Shown one piece after another: positions 8,500 through 18,385 of a DNA stretch of 64,000 nucleotides. The DNA is from Candidatus Omnitrophota bacterium. Its GTDB lineage: Bacteria; Omnitrophota; Gorgyraeia; Zapsychrales; Zapsychraceae. The stretch covers positions 155,484 to 219,483 of the forward strand of contig DATDQB010000020.1 in NCBI GenBank assembly GCA_035292445.1, read 5' to 3'. The notes under the pieces were generated by a model. The model worked only from the letters and a program-made list of their open reading frames with translations, was not told the DNA's origin and did no database searches. Within the stretch, counting starts at the first letter, position 1. Every line of letters starts with the position of its first letter. Position numbers and translations under genes: made by a program.

Positions 8500-9534
8500 A
8501 TGGATAATAATATTGATAAAGAGAGACGATTTCAGACCGTTTGCCTGCTCATTTTAAGCATCATCGCGATCGCCTTCGCTTTATACTGGTTAAAACCGAT
8601 GATGATCCCTTTCGTCTTGGCCCTTTTCTTCAGCCTTATCCTGACCTCATTGATCGACTTCCAAATAAAATATTTCAAGGTCCCCCGTTTCCTGGCGCTT
8701 ACAACGACCCTTATTATCGGGATTTTGATCTTGATCACCCTGGGGCTTTTGATCTCCGTTTCCGTCACCCAGATGCTGGTCAATTTCGATTCCTACCAGG
8801 AAAAGGTCTTTCAACTTCTTAACAAAGCCGCCCTCTCTCTTAATGTGGAGCGTTTTGGGATGAACCCTCAGGAAATATTGGATCCTTTAAAAAATAATCT
8901 GACTAAAAGTGTCGGGGGAATGGTGATCGGCATCGTCAATTCGATCGTTAAGCTTCTTTCGCAGGGGCTCCTTGTCCTTATCTTTGTCTGCTTTCTTCTT
9001 TTGGGAAAAACGATCCAGACGAAACCGCCCGGCAAAGAATGGAAAGAAGGCGTGTATCGGGTAAAACGCTTCATCGCGACCAAAATGGCCGTTTCCATCG
9101 TTACCGGAGTTTTGGTGGGGGCGGCGCTGATGATCTTAGGAGTTGATATGGCGCTGGCCTTCGGGTTGTTCGCCTTTATCCTTAATTTCATCCCCAGCAT
9201 CGGCTCGACCATCGCCACCCTTCTTCCCTTACCGGTTGTCCTCATCAATCCCGACATCACGCCTTTGACAGGGTTTCTCGCGATCGCTATTCCCGGTGTA
9301 ATTCAATTTGTAATTAGCAATTTCGTTGAACCTAAAGTGGAAGGTGATGCGCTGGAGCTGCATCCGGTGGCGGTCTTGATGGCGTTGATCTTTTGGGGAA
9401 TGATCTGGGGGATCGTGGGGATGTTCCTGGCCTCTCCCCTAACGGCCATCATGAAGATCATCTTTCAACGCATTGAATTTACCGTTCCCCTGGCCCACCT
9501 TCTTGCCGGGCGCGTTGACGATATCCAATCATAA
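8500..9534 (+). CDS. AI-2E family transporter
   Basis: Multi-TM protein; LNFIPSIGS and LIFWGMIWGIVGMFLASPL motifs. Confidence 0.88.
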   Translation: MDNNIDKERRFQTVCLLILSIIAIAFALYWLKPMMIPFVLALFFSLILTSLIDFQIKYFKVPRFLALTTTLIIGILILITLGLLISVSVTQMLVNFDSYQEKVFQLLNKAALSLNVERFGMNPQEILDPLKNNLTKSVGGMVIGIVNSIVKLLSQGLLVLIFVCFLLLGKTIQTKPPGKEWKEGVYRVKRFIATKMAVSIVTGVLVGAALMILGVDMALAFGLFAFILNFIPSIGSTIATLLPLPVVLINPDITPLTGFLAIAIPGVIQFVISNFVEPKVEGDALELHPVAVLMALIFWGMIWGIVGMFLASPLTAIMKIIFQRIEFTVPLAHLLAGRVDDIQS

Positions 9535-9541
9535 AATCTCT

Positions 9542-10993
9542 TTAAAGAAGCGGTGCGAACAGCCGCGCCAGTGAATTCCTTAATTTAGCGGCCGTCGTGA
9601 GATTGCTGAAATCTTCGAGGGTAAACTCGCGGCAGTCCTTAAGGTCTTCCATAAACTGCCTTTCGATTGCCAACGCGCAATCCTCCTCATAAATAAGCGT
9701 ATTCGTTTCATAATTGAGATGAAAACTTCGGATATCCAAGTTGGCCGTCCCGATGGAGCAAACCTGGCTGTCGATGGAGATGGTTTTGGCGTGCATAAGC
9801 CCTTTCTTATAGTGAAAGATGCGCACGCCGGCCTGAAGAAGATCCTCAAAATACGTGAACGCCGACCAATAGGGGAGCCAATGGTCAACGACGCCGGTAA
9901 TCATGATCTTCACCTCTATCCCGCTTAACGCCGCGGTCTTTAAGGCCATGAAAATGCTCGGGTCTGGGATAAAATAGGCTGATTGGATAAAAAGATGTTT
10001 CTCTGCCGACTTAATGAGCGCAAAATACAATTGCTTGATCGAAAGCCACTGCGAGTCCGGGCCCGAGGTCGAGATCTGGATCGGTAGATCATCTTTTAAG
10101 TCAAACGCCGGCCTATAATACTTCTCATCAAAAAGTTTCTTCTTGGTCGTGTTGTACCAATCGATCGTAAAAATGGCCTGATAAATGGACGTGGCCTCTC
10201 CCTCAACCCGCAAATGGGTGTCCCGCCAGAACTTAAATTTACCGCCGTTAATATATTCATCGCCGATATTGACGCCGCCATTGTAACCTATCGTGCCGTC
10301 GATGATAACGAGCTTGCGGTGATTGCGATAATTAAGCGTATGGGCCGTGAACAAAGACAAAAAATTAAAATACGGATAAATATCGATACCAGCTCCCCTT
10401 AATTCACGGATATATTTCTTGCTCAAAAACATGCATCCCCAAGAATCATACAAGATCCTGACCTCAACTCCTTTCTTGGCGCGTTCAATCAGTATCGCCT
10501 TGATCTTTTGGCCAAGTTCGTCATGGCGCCAAATATAATATTCCATATGGATGAACGCCTTGGCATTATTCAAATCCTCCAAAAGACAATCGAATTTATC
10601 TTTGCCGTGATGGAAAATTTTCAAACGATTATTGGCCGTCAATATGGAATTTGAGGTGTTGGCCAATAACTGCATCAATTCTCTTTTATAGGAAGTAGCC
10701 CATTTTGATTGAAGGTTCTCAAGCTCTGTTTCTTGCCTCTCAAGAAGCGGCTTTAAAGGATAGGCCAAATTCCCCTCGATAAACTGATGGACCAATTTAT
10801 CCTGGGCGCGGGAGCGTTTCCAGCTCCTTCCAAAAAAAACATAGGCGATAAAACCCAAAACAGGGAACAAAATAAAAAGGACCAGCCAGGCGATGGTGGA
10901 GGAAGGTTCACGGTTATCCAACAAAAGATAAATAGCCGTGATGACAAGGAAAATATAATAAACAATGATTAAAACAGAAAGTATATGATCCAT
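9542..10993 (-). CDS. cls: Cardiolipin synthase
   Basis: Two N-terminal TMs (PLDc_N), NHRKLVIIDG and HAKTISID HKD motifs, GTANLDIRSF. Confidence 0.93.
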   Translation of the reverse strand: MDHILSVLIIVYYIFLVITAIYLLLDNREPSSTIAWLVLFILFPVLGFIAYVFFGRSWKRSRAQDKLVHQFIEGNLAYPLKPLLERQETELENLQSKWATSYKRELMQLLANTSNSILTANNRLKIFHHGKDKFDCLLEDLNNAKAFIHMEYYIWRHDELGQKIKAILIERAKKGVEVRILYDSWGCMFLSKKYIRELRGAGIDIYPYFNFLSLFTAHTLNYRNHRKLVIIDGTIGYNGGVNIGDEYINGGKFKFWRDTHLRVEGEATSIYQAIFTIDWYNTTKKKLFDEKYYRPAFDLKDDLPIQISTSGPDSQWLSIKQLYFALIKSAEKHLFIQSAYFIPDPSIFMALKTAALSGIEVKIMITGVVDHWLPYWSAFTYFEDLLQAGVRIFHYKKGLMHAKTISIDSQVCSIGTANLDIRSFHLNYETNTLIYEEDCALAIERQFMEDLKDCREFTLEDFSNLTTAAKLRNSLARLFAPLL

Positions 10994-11001
10994 AGGGTTT
11001 G

Positions 11002-13068
11002 TTAAAGATGCTCGGCCAAGAATTCAGCCAGCCGCTCTTTCCATCCTTGATCCAGCGGCTCGGTCATTTCTTTCGATTCTTTAAAGTCGGCCTCGAATAA
11101 GCTCTCCAATATGCTCTCGACCGTCTTACTATCGGATGTCGCGAGATTTAATTCCAGGTTATCGACCAAACTCAGTTTATCAAAATTCGCCGAGCCCGTA
11201 CAGAGCCATCCGTCGTAAACGGCGGCTTTGATATGCGACATGCCCGGATAAAAAAAGACCCGGATGCCACTGCGGAACATCGTATTGGCGCTCACCACGT
11301 TATTGGCGTTCATGATATTATGGTTGCCGTGAATGGGAAGGATGACCCGCACATCCACCCCGCGCCGCCGGGCTTTGATCAGCTCATAAATGATCGTATC
11401 GTCCGAAAGATAGGAGTTATGGACATAAATATATCTTTTCGCCTCTTTAATGGCCAAAAGCTGGGCTTTATAAATCTGCGGGTCGTTAAGCCGCGTATAC
11501 AACGTCCGTAACGGCGGGTGCCCTTCATGCCCCCGGTTGACGGCGAGTTTATTAAAAACCGATTGTAAATACCCCAAATCGCCCCACGCGCCGGCATGGG
11601 CCCAGGCGATCTCGAATTCCTTCATGATCTCAGCCAATACGGGGCCCCGCACTTCCATCATCATATCATGCCAATGATAACGGTATTCCCGTCCGATGTT
11701 CATGCCGCCGGTAAAAAATAATTCTTCATCGATGATAATGGTCTTGGTATGGTCCGCCTTGAACCAGGCATTCGGCCTGACACGCACTTGAATATTGGAG
11801 CCTTTCCTTAAATAGCTTTCCATCGAAGAAGGCGGCGTAAACCCTTGGGGCAGATCTTCCGGGACTTTCCCCTCCCCCATCACCTGCCCCATCCCATCCA
11901 GCAAAACCCTGACCTTAACGCCTTCTTTAGATCTTTTCTTCAATAGATCCGCGATGGAAACGGCATAATCATCGTTATCAAAAATAAAAATACGCACGTC
12001 AATAGACTTCTTGGCAGCGATAATGGCATCGGTCAAGCGCGTAAAGAATTCATCGCCGTCGATAAGAAAATCCATGGCCCCATGAGAAGTTCTCGTGCCA
12101 AGGGTTTTATTGAGCTTGTCTTCAAAAGCCTTCAAGTCCATCCCCTCCCCCTTATACAAAGGCGGCGGGGGCGTGTTATCAAAGGCCGCCAAAGACGGTG
12201 GCTTGATGACATCGCGGGTCGTGGATTGGGCCCAGGAAAAAAGCCGTAAACTGGAACTGACCGGACGCTTCCACATCCCCAGCACATAACTGTCGAATAA
12301 CAAATAATCGGCGGATTTGACCCCTTTTTTAAGCAAGCCCTGGCGGTATTTGGCTTCATTACCGACAGGAAGCTTCAAATGGAAAGCGACCCTGTTGGCT
12401 ATATCAATATATAAAAAAGGATTGGTATAATCATCGTCATTCGCGACGGCTAACAAAATTTGCTCGGCCTCGATCGATTGTTTTGCAAGATACCCTTTCA
12501 TCGTCTCAACCATCTTGAAAGCAAGCTCCTGCTGGGTGAGTGTTTGCGCTATCTGAACATGCGCCGGCTTATCTTTGAGAGCCATGACCTGAAGATGCTC
12601 ATCGTCATCATAGAACAGAATTAACTCGTCCTCATTACTACGGATAACCGTTCCTTGGTTGGCTTCCTGGGGCGTCAGCGCGTGCGCCAGATCAAAACGA
12701 AAATCGTGCCAATGCTGCGCCGGAAGGGCCAAAATGCTCTTAAGTTGCTGCGGGCGACCTTGCCAGCGCTGCTCATCAATAATCTTTAAGGGGACAACGA
12801 TATTTTTAGACAGATTTATATCGGGGCTCTCGGTGGGATCCCAGTTGGCGTAAGCGTAAAACGTCTCATATTCGTCGCTGTCATTCCAGTAGCTGTTGAA
12901 ATGGATGTACAGTTCATTCTCTGCAACGGCAGCTTCGAGGACCTCCAGCGCGGCGGTTTGATTAATCCAGATGCGCGCCACATCGTTGAGTCTTGCCTGA
13001 GGGTCTTTGAGAAAAGAACAACCCCCTAACAAGAAAAGAGAAATAAAAAATAGGATCGCTTTTCGCAT
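11002..13068 (-). CDS. Phospholipase D-family lipoprotein with long N-terminal extension
   Basis: Lipobox LLGGC after MRKAILFF; two intact HxKx4D motifs (HTKTIIID, HIKAAVYD). Confidence 0.82.
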   Translation of the reverse strand: MRKAILFFISLFLLGGCSFLKDPQARLNDVARIWINQTAALEVLEAAVAENELYIHFNSYWNDSDEYETFYAYANWDPTESPDINLSKNIVVPLKIIDEQRWQGRPQQLKSILALPAQHWHDFRFDLAHALTPQEANQGTVIRSNEDELILFYDDDEHLQVMALKDKPAHVQIAQTLTQQELAFKMVETMKGYLAKQSIEAEQILLAVANDDDYTNPFLYIDIANRVAFHLKLPVGNEAKYRQGLLKKGVKSADYLLFDSYVLGMWKRPVSSSLRLFSWAQSTTRDVIKPPSLAAFDNTPPPPLYKGEGMDLKAFEDKLNKTLGTRTSHGAMDFLIDGDEFFTRLTDAIIAAKKSIDVRIFIFDNDDYAVSIADLLKKRSKEGVKVRVLLDGMGQVMGEGKVPEDLPQGFTPPSSMESYLRKGSNIQVRVRPNAWFKADHTKTIIIDEELFFTGGMNIGREYRYHWHDMMMEVRGPVLAEIMKEFEIAWAHAGAWGDLGYLQSVFNKLAVNRGHEGHPPLRTLYTRLNDPQIYKAQLLAIKEAKRYIYVHNSYLSDDTIIYELIKARRRGVDVRVILPIHGNHNIMNANNVVSANTMFRSGIRVFFYPGMSHIKAAVYDGWLCTGSANFDKLSLVDNLELNLATSDSKTVESILESLFEADFKESKEMTEPLDQGWKERLAEFLAEHL

Positions 13069-13200
13069 AAGACTTTCCAGAGCCTTGCTCCAAAACGTCC
13101 GAATGATGCCAGCCGGTGTATGAACAAGCCAATTGTAACAAAGATAAATAAAAACAGCCACTCTTTATTCTTAATAAACAGCGGCTGTTTTACTAAATTT

Positions 13201-15054
13201 CTAATTATAACTTAGGTTACGCGCAATAGGGGAAGGAACGGGCTTGATGTTCTGCAGGTTTTGCTCGACGAAATCTTCGAGCCTTGTCTTAAGTTCCTCG
13301 ATTTCCTCGATGGCTTGCAAACGGTATTCTTCCGTCTGCTCCACCATCTTGGGGAAAAGTTCTTTGTAATACTCGATGCCTTCCAGCATGTTGTTTTGAA
13401 ATTCTCTGAAGTACTGCAGTTTCTTCTCGGTGGGCGCATGGACGATCTTATCGAACTCTTTGATGAAATAATCGATGTAGATCTTAAGCTCTTTGACGAA
13501 CATATTCGACCGGTAAGTGCTGTTTAACAAATTCAGCCTGCCGTAGATGTGATCGACCATTTCCCTTAAGGTTGCGATTTTGGAAAAATAGGCGATATTC
13601 GGCCCCGGGCAGATGGCCGGAAAATGCTTGGCGGCATCCTTGACCGCGTTATTCTTGATCAAAACGCCTTCGCCTAAATCATTACAGAGGCAGGCCTTCT
13701 TGACGACTTCCTGATATTTGACATTATACGACTCATGGTCCAAATTTTGCTTACTAAGTTGTTCCAGCTTTAATTTCTGGTATTGGCGGCTGGCGGTACA
13801 GATCGGTTCTTTCGTAAATTCCGTATTGGACACCAAATACCCCTTAGGGCACGCGCTTCCCGGCTGGCCTATTTGAGAGCGCCGTTCTTTGGCGCGATCC
13901 GACGGGTTATCTCTTAGATTACTAAACGGAATGCCTAACGGTGAGACGTCGCTCATATAAATGTCTTTTTCGCCGGCTCGGGAAAGTTTCATCAACGTCT
14001 CTTGATCGACGTTCGTAACCTCAGGCACCAGCAGGAACGGCGAAGCCCACCCCGTGCCATCCAGCCCATAATATTGAAGTAAAAACTGATCTTCCAAATA
14101 CGTCCCGATGCCGCCCTGGGCGGTTATCTTCACTTCAAGCGGCTGCGAAGGACACGGCCTGTTTTGCTCTCGCAAGACCTTTTGATAAATGGCAAAAAGC
14201 TCCTCTACCAATTCAGCCCTTTTTTGTTTAAATTCTTCCAAGATCGGCCCCATCAAATACCCGTCTGTTGCGAACAAATGGCCGCCGCAATTAAGCCCCG
14301 ACTCGATACGGTACTCGGAAACCCAAATCCCTTTTTTGGCGAGGAATTTCCCTTGAATAATGGTCGAGCGGTAATCGCTGACCTTAAGGACGACTTTTTT
14401 CTTAAGGAATCCCTGTTCATCGGGAAAGAAATCATTGAATTTTTCAATATACGCATAAAGCGACCGGTTGAATCCGGCGGAAAAAACGATGGAAGATACC
14501 AAATCGCTTTGGGCATAACCGCGTAAGGCGGAGAGTGCATCCGAATATTCGGACGAAAGAGGTGTTTTATCTTTAGCAGAAAAATTGGCCCGATCGAGCT
14601 TTGTCATGATGTTGACGTTGATATCGCCAGCCACCAGTTCTTTCTTCAACTGTTCCTGGAGGCGTTTCTTCTCAACGGTACCGATAGTGGCCTTCATCTG
14701 TTCATACAAGCCATTGAGCGGTGAACTTTCCGGTAAGAGTTCGAAATATTTGGTAATCTCGCTTCCGGCTTCAAAGGCGCTTTTCTTAAGCGCCTCGAAC
14801 TTCTGCTCAACGATACGTTTGACGAGGTTCAAATAAGCCGTAATCCGTTTGGCGCGATGGTCCTCTTCATATTTGGTGATGGGCTCGTACTTTTCTTTGC
14901 TTATCTTGCAGTAATACTCGCGCATCTTCTCGATCAAGACATCGTCAACCAGAGAAATGACAGAGGAAATCCCGTATGGCGCGACCTTGACAGGCGTGTC
15001 AATCGAGAATCCCGTTCCCATGACAGGGATATGGAAGGTGTGTACTTTAGACAT
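13201..15054 (-). CDS. Conserved hypothetical protein, possible FMN-dependent TIM-barrel oxidoreductase with Cys cluster
   Basis: 617-aa ORF; HTFHIPVMG, ESGLNCGGH, ITAQGGIG motifs; C-terminal Cys set CPKG/CTAS/CLC/CPGP. Confidence 0.6.
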   Translation of the reverse strand: MSKVHTFHIPVMGTGFSIDTPVKVAPYGISSVISLVDDVLIEKMREYYCKISKEKYEPITKYEEDHRAKRITAYLNLVKRIVEQKFEALKKSAFEAGSEITKYFELLPESSPLNGLYEQMKATIGTVEKKRLQEQLKKELVAGDINVNIMTKLDRANFSAKDKTPLSSEYSDALSALRGYAQSDLVSSIVFSAGFNRSLYAYIEKFNDFFPDEQGFLKKKVVLKVSDYRSTIIQGKFLAKKGIWVSEYRIESGLNCGGHLFATDGYLMGPILEEFKQKRAELVEELFAIYQKVLREQNRPCPSQPLEVKITAQGGIGTYLEDQFLLQYYGLDGTGWASPFLLVPEVTNVDQETLMKLSRAGEKDIYMSDVSPLGIPFSNLRDNPSDRAKERRSQIGQPGSACPKGYLVSNTEFTKEPICTASRQYQKLKLEQLSKQNLDHESYNVKYQEVVKKACLCNDLGEGVLIKNNAVKDAAKHFPAICPGPNIAYFSKIATLREMVDHIYGRLNLLNSTYRSNMFVKELKIYIDYFIKEFDKIVHAPTEKKLQYFREFQNNMLEGIEYYKELFPKMVEQTEEYRLQAIEEIEELKTRLEDFVEQNLQNIKPVPSPIARNLSYN

Positions 15055-15255
15055 ATTTTCTCATAATAGATTACTTATATTATACATGTTTTGAATTAAG
15101 CCACAACGAAAATAACGTAAGAATGAATGACGGGCGTATTTATGAATATTGGGGAAAGTATACCATATTAAGAGAAAATGGCAAATTTTATATGGGGTGG
15201 GATAGAGCCTGCGTTGTGAGCCAAATGAGGACCCACAACGCCCCTGCAACCCTTA

Positions 15256-15774
15256 TCACTTACCGGGCATTCCTTCCTTGCGGTGTTCAAGGCGCTCTTT
15301 AAACCGTTCTTTATTGAACTTGCCTTTATGGTCTTCTTTTAGCTCCTGGAATTTCGTAAACTGTTCCGGCGTAAGGATTTTACGCACTTCAAACATCCCG
15401 TTCAAGCGATGCTCGGCCATCTTGCCCTGTAAAGTATTAACCTCATTACTAATGGCCCTGACCTTGCCTTCATCGAAATCCGCTTTTTGGATCTCGTTTT
15501 TGAGCTCCTCACGCTTGGCTTGAATCTGCTCTCTTAACGCCTTCATTTCACCGCGATGGGTTTCTTTGTGCTGCTTGAGGGCAGTACGCTGCTCTGGCGT
15601 CAAACCCAGCTCATCGTACATCTTGTTGACCTTCTCCTCCCAGTCCTTCTTATGCTCACCCATCTTACCGTTATCTTTCTCAGCATAAACATTAACGGAT
15701 GATACTAAGAAGAAACTTAAGATAAGCCCCAAAAATACGGCTGTTCGTTTAATGAATCGTTGGTCCATGTTCAT
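15256..15774 (-). CDS. Spy/CpxP-family periplasmic chaperone
   Basis: Signal peptide; two LTPEQ motifs. Confidence 0.85.
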   Translation of the reverse strand: MNMDQRFIKRTAVFLGLILSFFLVSSVNVYAEKDNGKMGEHKKDWEEKVNKMYDELGLTPEQRTALKQHKETHRGEMKALREQIQAKREELKNEIQKADFDEGKVRAISNEVNTLQGKMAEHRLNGMFEVRKILTPEQFTKFQELKEDHKGKFNKERFKERLEHRKEGMPGK

Positions 15775-15791
15775 CCACCTCCTTCTTTCCT

Positions 15792-16310
15792 TTAAAGAAA
15801 ATATTCCTCAATGGCCGTGCCGTAACTGGCCATTTCTGATTCTTCGCCATTTGATTCTTCAAAAGTGAATTCCTCTAACGCATATGCCAGGACCTGAATT
15901 TCCTCAGCCGGCGGCTTTTGTTGGGCAAGATGGTTGTCGTAAATGAGTTTAAACTGAAATACCATCACCAGCAGGACAATAGCGACCTTCACCGATGCCA
16001 TTACCACTTTAGGGGTCAGCAAAGCATCCTTAAGATGAGTTAAAAAGCCCATTAAGGGGTTCGATAAAAATGCCGGCGCGGCCTCTTCCTCTATCTGGTT
16101 TTTGATGTTCTGCCAGATAGCTTCTTCATCCAATCGAATGGGCTTGGCATTCTGCAGGGCGGTGACGGCCTTCTCTTTGGCCTCTTCGGCAAACGCCCGG
16201 CAGGCGAGACAACCGGCAAGGTGCTGGTCTATCTCTCTTCGTTTTTCTTCCCATTGTTCGCCGTCAAGAAAATCGGTTAAAATGATGTCCCGGATATCTT
16301 TACAATTCAT
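15792..16310 (-). CDS. Zinc-finger (zf-HC2) transmembrane anti-sigma factor
   Basis: MNC...HLAGCLAC motif, single TM, overlaps ECF sigma stop. Confidence 0.85.
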   Translation of the reverse strand: MNCKDIRDIILTDFLDGEQWEEKRREIDQHLAGCLACRAFAEEAKEKAVTALQNAKPIRLDEEAIWQNIKNQIEEEAAPAFLSNPLMGFLTHLKDALLTPKVVMASVKVAIVLLVMVFQFKLIYDNHLAQQKPPAEEIQVLAYALEEFTFEESNGEESEMASYGTAIEEYFL

Positions 16311-16854
16311 TTTTGACCACCTCTTGTCTTAAGGCCAGCATGGCCTCGCGCGCGCGCTTGATGCGTGAACGGACCGTGTTGATAGGGATCTTTAACGTCT
16401 GCGCGATCTCGTGATAACTTAAGCCCTCAATGCTTCGTAACACAATAACCGCTCTTTGCTCAGGGCTAAGGCCGGCCAATAATTGCGAAACAAGTTTTTC
16501 GTTGTCCATCTGATGCATGGATTCTCTGACGCTGTCGGCCCCTTGGGCAGCGAACACATCAGCGTATTCAACCGTATTTTTGTGCTTGCCGGTCCTTTTG
16601 ATATGGTTGATCGCGCAATTGACGCTGATGCGGTATACCCACGTTTTCAGCGACGACTCAAAACGAAAATTATTTAATTTGCGATAAATGTTCATGAAAA
16701 CGTCCTGGGTCACTTCCTGTGCATCTTCCATATTACCCACCACCCGATAAACCACGTTCGAGACAAAACCGACATGCGTTCTATAGATTTGCTCAAATGC
16801 CCTTAGATCACCGGCCTGGGCCTGCCTTATAATTTCTTGCGCTAGCTCGACCAT
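16300..16854 (-). CDS. ECF RNA polymerase sigma factor (RpoE/SigW-like)
   Basis: DAQEVTQDVF region 2; GLSYHEIA...TVRSRIKRAR region 4. Confidence 0.92.
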   Translation of the reverse strand: MVELAQEIIRQAQAGDLRAFEQIYRTHVGFVSNVVYRVVGNMEDAQEVTQDVFMNIYRKLNNFRFESSLKTWVYRISVNCAINHIKRTGKHKNTVEYADVFAAQGADSVRESMHQMDNEKLVSQLLAGLSPEQRAVIVLRSIEGLSYHEIAQTLKIPINTVRSRIKRAREAMLALRQEVVKNEL

Positions 16855-16875
16855 GGTGTTTACCCGTTCACTTGG

Positions 16876-16903
16876 TTAGACAGAAAAAAAGGCTAAAAGT
16901 TCC
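16876..16903 (-). promoter_or_regulatory. sigmaE-type autoregulatory promoter
   Basis: GGAACTT-N16-TCTAA on minus strand just upstream of the ECF gene. Confidence 0.7.
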
Positions 16904-16915
16904 ATCGCTCAAGAC

Positions 16916-17563
16916 TTACAAACTTTCCTCCTGGGGTACCCCTCGTAGCCGCTCCAAATGCATGACCATGATATTGGCCCAGATGCCTAAGACCTCTTTG
17001 GTGTGCCCCCATTTGGTGAGCCCCTTGGTGTAATTAAGCTTTTTCCCTTTCCTCGCGTCAATAAAGGCCAACACCCTCTCGCCGGTCAGGGAATCGACCA
17101 GTTCCGCCTCCAAGGAAGCGCCGCCGATGCCGGCGCCGATCAGGGTCGTGGACCAATGAAGATTAAGGTACACTTTATTGGGCAACACATCAGTCACCGC
17201 CGTCCTTAAAAGAAGCACGCCTTCTCCCGCTTCAGTTGTGATCGTATAATTTTCCTTAAGCCCGTCTTCCAGTTCCTTGTAAAAATAATCCGTCAATTTC
17301 TGCCGGTCTTCACCCTTCATCTGATGCGCCTCGACACTGGGATCTAACTTAAATTCAACCGGGGCAATGATGACCTTAGAGTAACCCTGCGCGATATTCG
17401 CGTTGGGATTCGTATATATATACATCCCTTTCGATTCCTCGTCTTCCTCCAACCCCGAGTAATCGCTTAAAAATCCTGTTTCTGTACGTTTCATTTCTAC
17501 GGTCGCACAGCCCGTCAAAACCATAAAAACAATACAATGGATAAACAAAAACCTCTTATTCAT
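16916..17563 (-). CDS. DUF3313-like lipoprotein
   Basis: Lipobox LTGC; GFLSDYS and ASLEAELVDSLTGE motifs. Confidence 0.78.
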   Translation of the reverse strand: MNKRFLFIHCIVFMVLTGCATVEMKRTETGFLSDYSGLEEDEESKGMYIYTNPNANIAQGYSKVIIAPVEFKLDPSVEAHQMKGEDRQKLTDYFYKELEDGLKENYTITTEAGEGVLLLRTAVTDVLPNKVYLNLHWSTTLIGAGIGGASLEAELVDSLTGERVLAFIDARKGKKLNYTKGLTKWGHTKEVLGIWANIMVMHLERLRGVPQEESL

Positions 17564-17588
17564 TTAATTTTCCTTTCTTATCGAGCGT

Positions 17589-17657
17589 TTAGATTAAAAA
17601 ATGACACACGTGTCCGGTGATGATCCCCAGATACGTCCCTACAATATTACCAATCAT
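17589..17657 (-). pseudogene. Orphan diverged copy of the 3' end of the DUF819 gene
   Basis: Translates MIGNIVGTYLGIITGHVCHFLI*, versus DUF819 C-terminus ILGGIIGTYLGLLVGQICHLIAG*. Confidence 0.75.
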
Positions 17658-17699
17658 ACAACTTTGATATCATTTAATTTGAAATTATCTTTAAACTTT

Positions 17700-18380
17700 T
17701 TAACTAATAATACTGTGATTCATTTGAGGTTTACGCTTGGCATCCGCAGTTGTTAAATAACGGACTATCGTAATTTTAACCATTTCTGAAAATCGGGTCA
17801 TAGTTATTTTAATATCTCGAACTCCGCTGCGCCGACCACGATGACCTCGACCTATAGACAAAACACTACCCTCATCAATCCTTATTAACTCAGCTCTATG
17901 CATAAATCCATCACGCATATCTACCAGCGTCTTAAGCTTAGAAAAAGAATTTTTAATAATTCTTTCTTTTGTTCCTCTATAAATAACAATATTATCTAAC
18001 AATTCTTGCTTATCTGCGTTTGATAAATTATTGAGTAAAAAAGTAACAATTAATGGCTTGGGCACAGATTTTCTTTTTCCATTACTAATTTTTCTTTTTT
18101 CTTTTTTAGCGTTGCCTAATAAAGCCTCCATGGCAGCGATACAAGCTAAAAATCGAAATTGACTAGTTGGGGCTGAACACTTCCTACAATTACGATCATT
18201 TATATAAACATGAAATATGAAACCTATTTTAAAGATTAAAGCCTTTTCTAATTTGTTTAAATCATCAATATTTTTTCCAAAATCCTTGAACAAAGAGGAA
18301 AATTCTTTCAAGACAATTTTCTTTTTACTGTTTTGAAAATTTTTGCTGGCGTAGTATCTAAGATGAGATGGGATGTACAT
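17700..18380 (-). CDS. AT-rich hypothetical protein with HEPN-like R-x4-H motif
   Basis: ATG 5 nt after DUF819 stop; LACIAAMEALLG and RDGFMH motifs; markedly lower GC than flanks. Confidence 0.62.
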   Translation of the reverse strand: MYIPSHLRYYASKNFQNSKKKIVLKEFSSLFKDFGKNIDDLNKLEKALIFKIGFIFHVYINDRNCRKCSAPTSQFRFLACIAAMEALLGNAKKEKRKISNGKRKSVPKPLIVTFLLNNLSNADKQELLDNIVIYRGTKERIIKNSFSKLKTLVDMRDGFMHRAELIRIDEGSVLSIGRGHRGRRSGVRDIKITMTRFSEMVKITIVRYLTTADAKRKPQMNHSIIS

Positions 18381-18385
18381 AAAAT

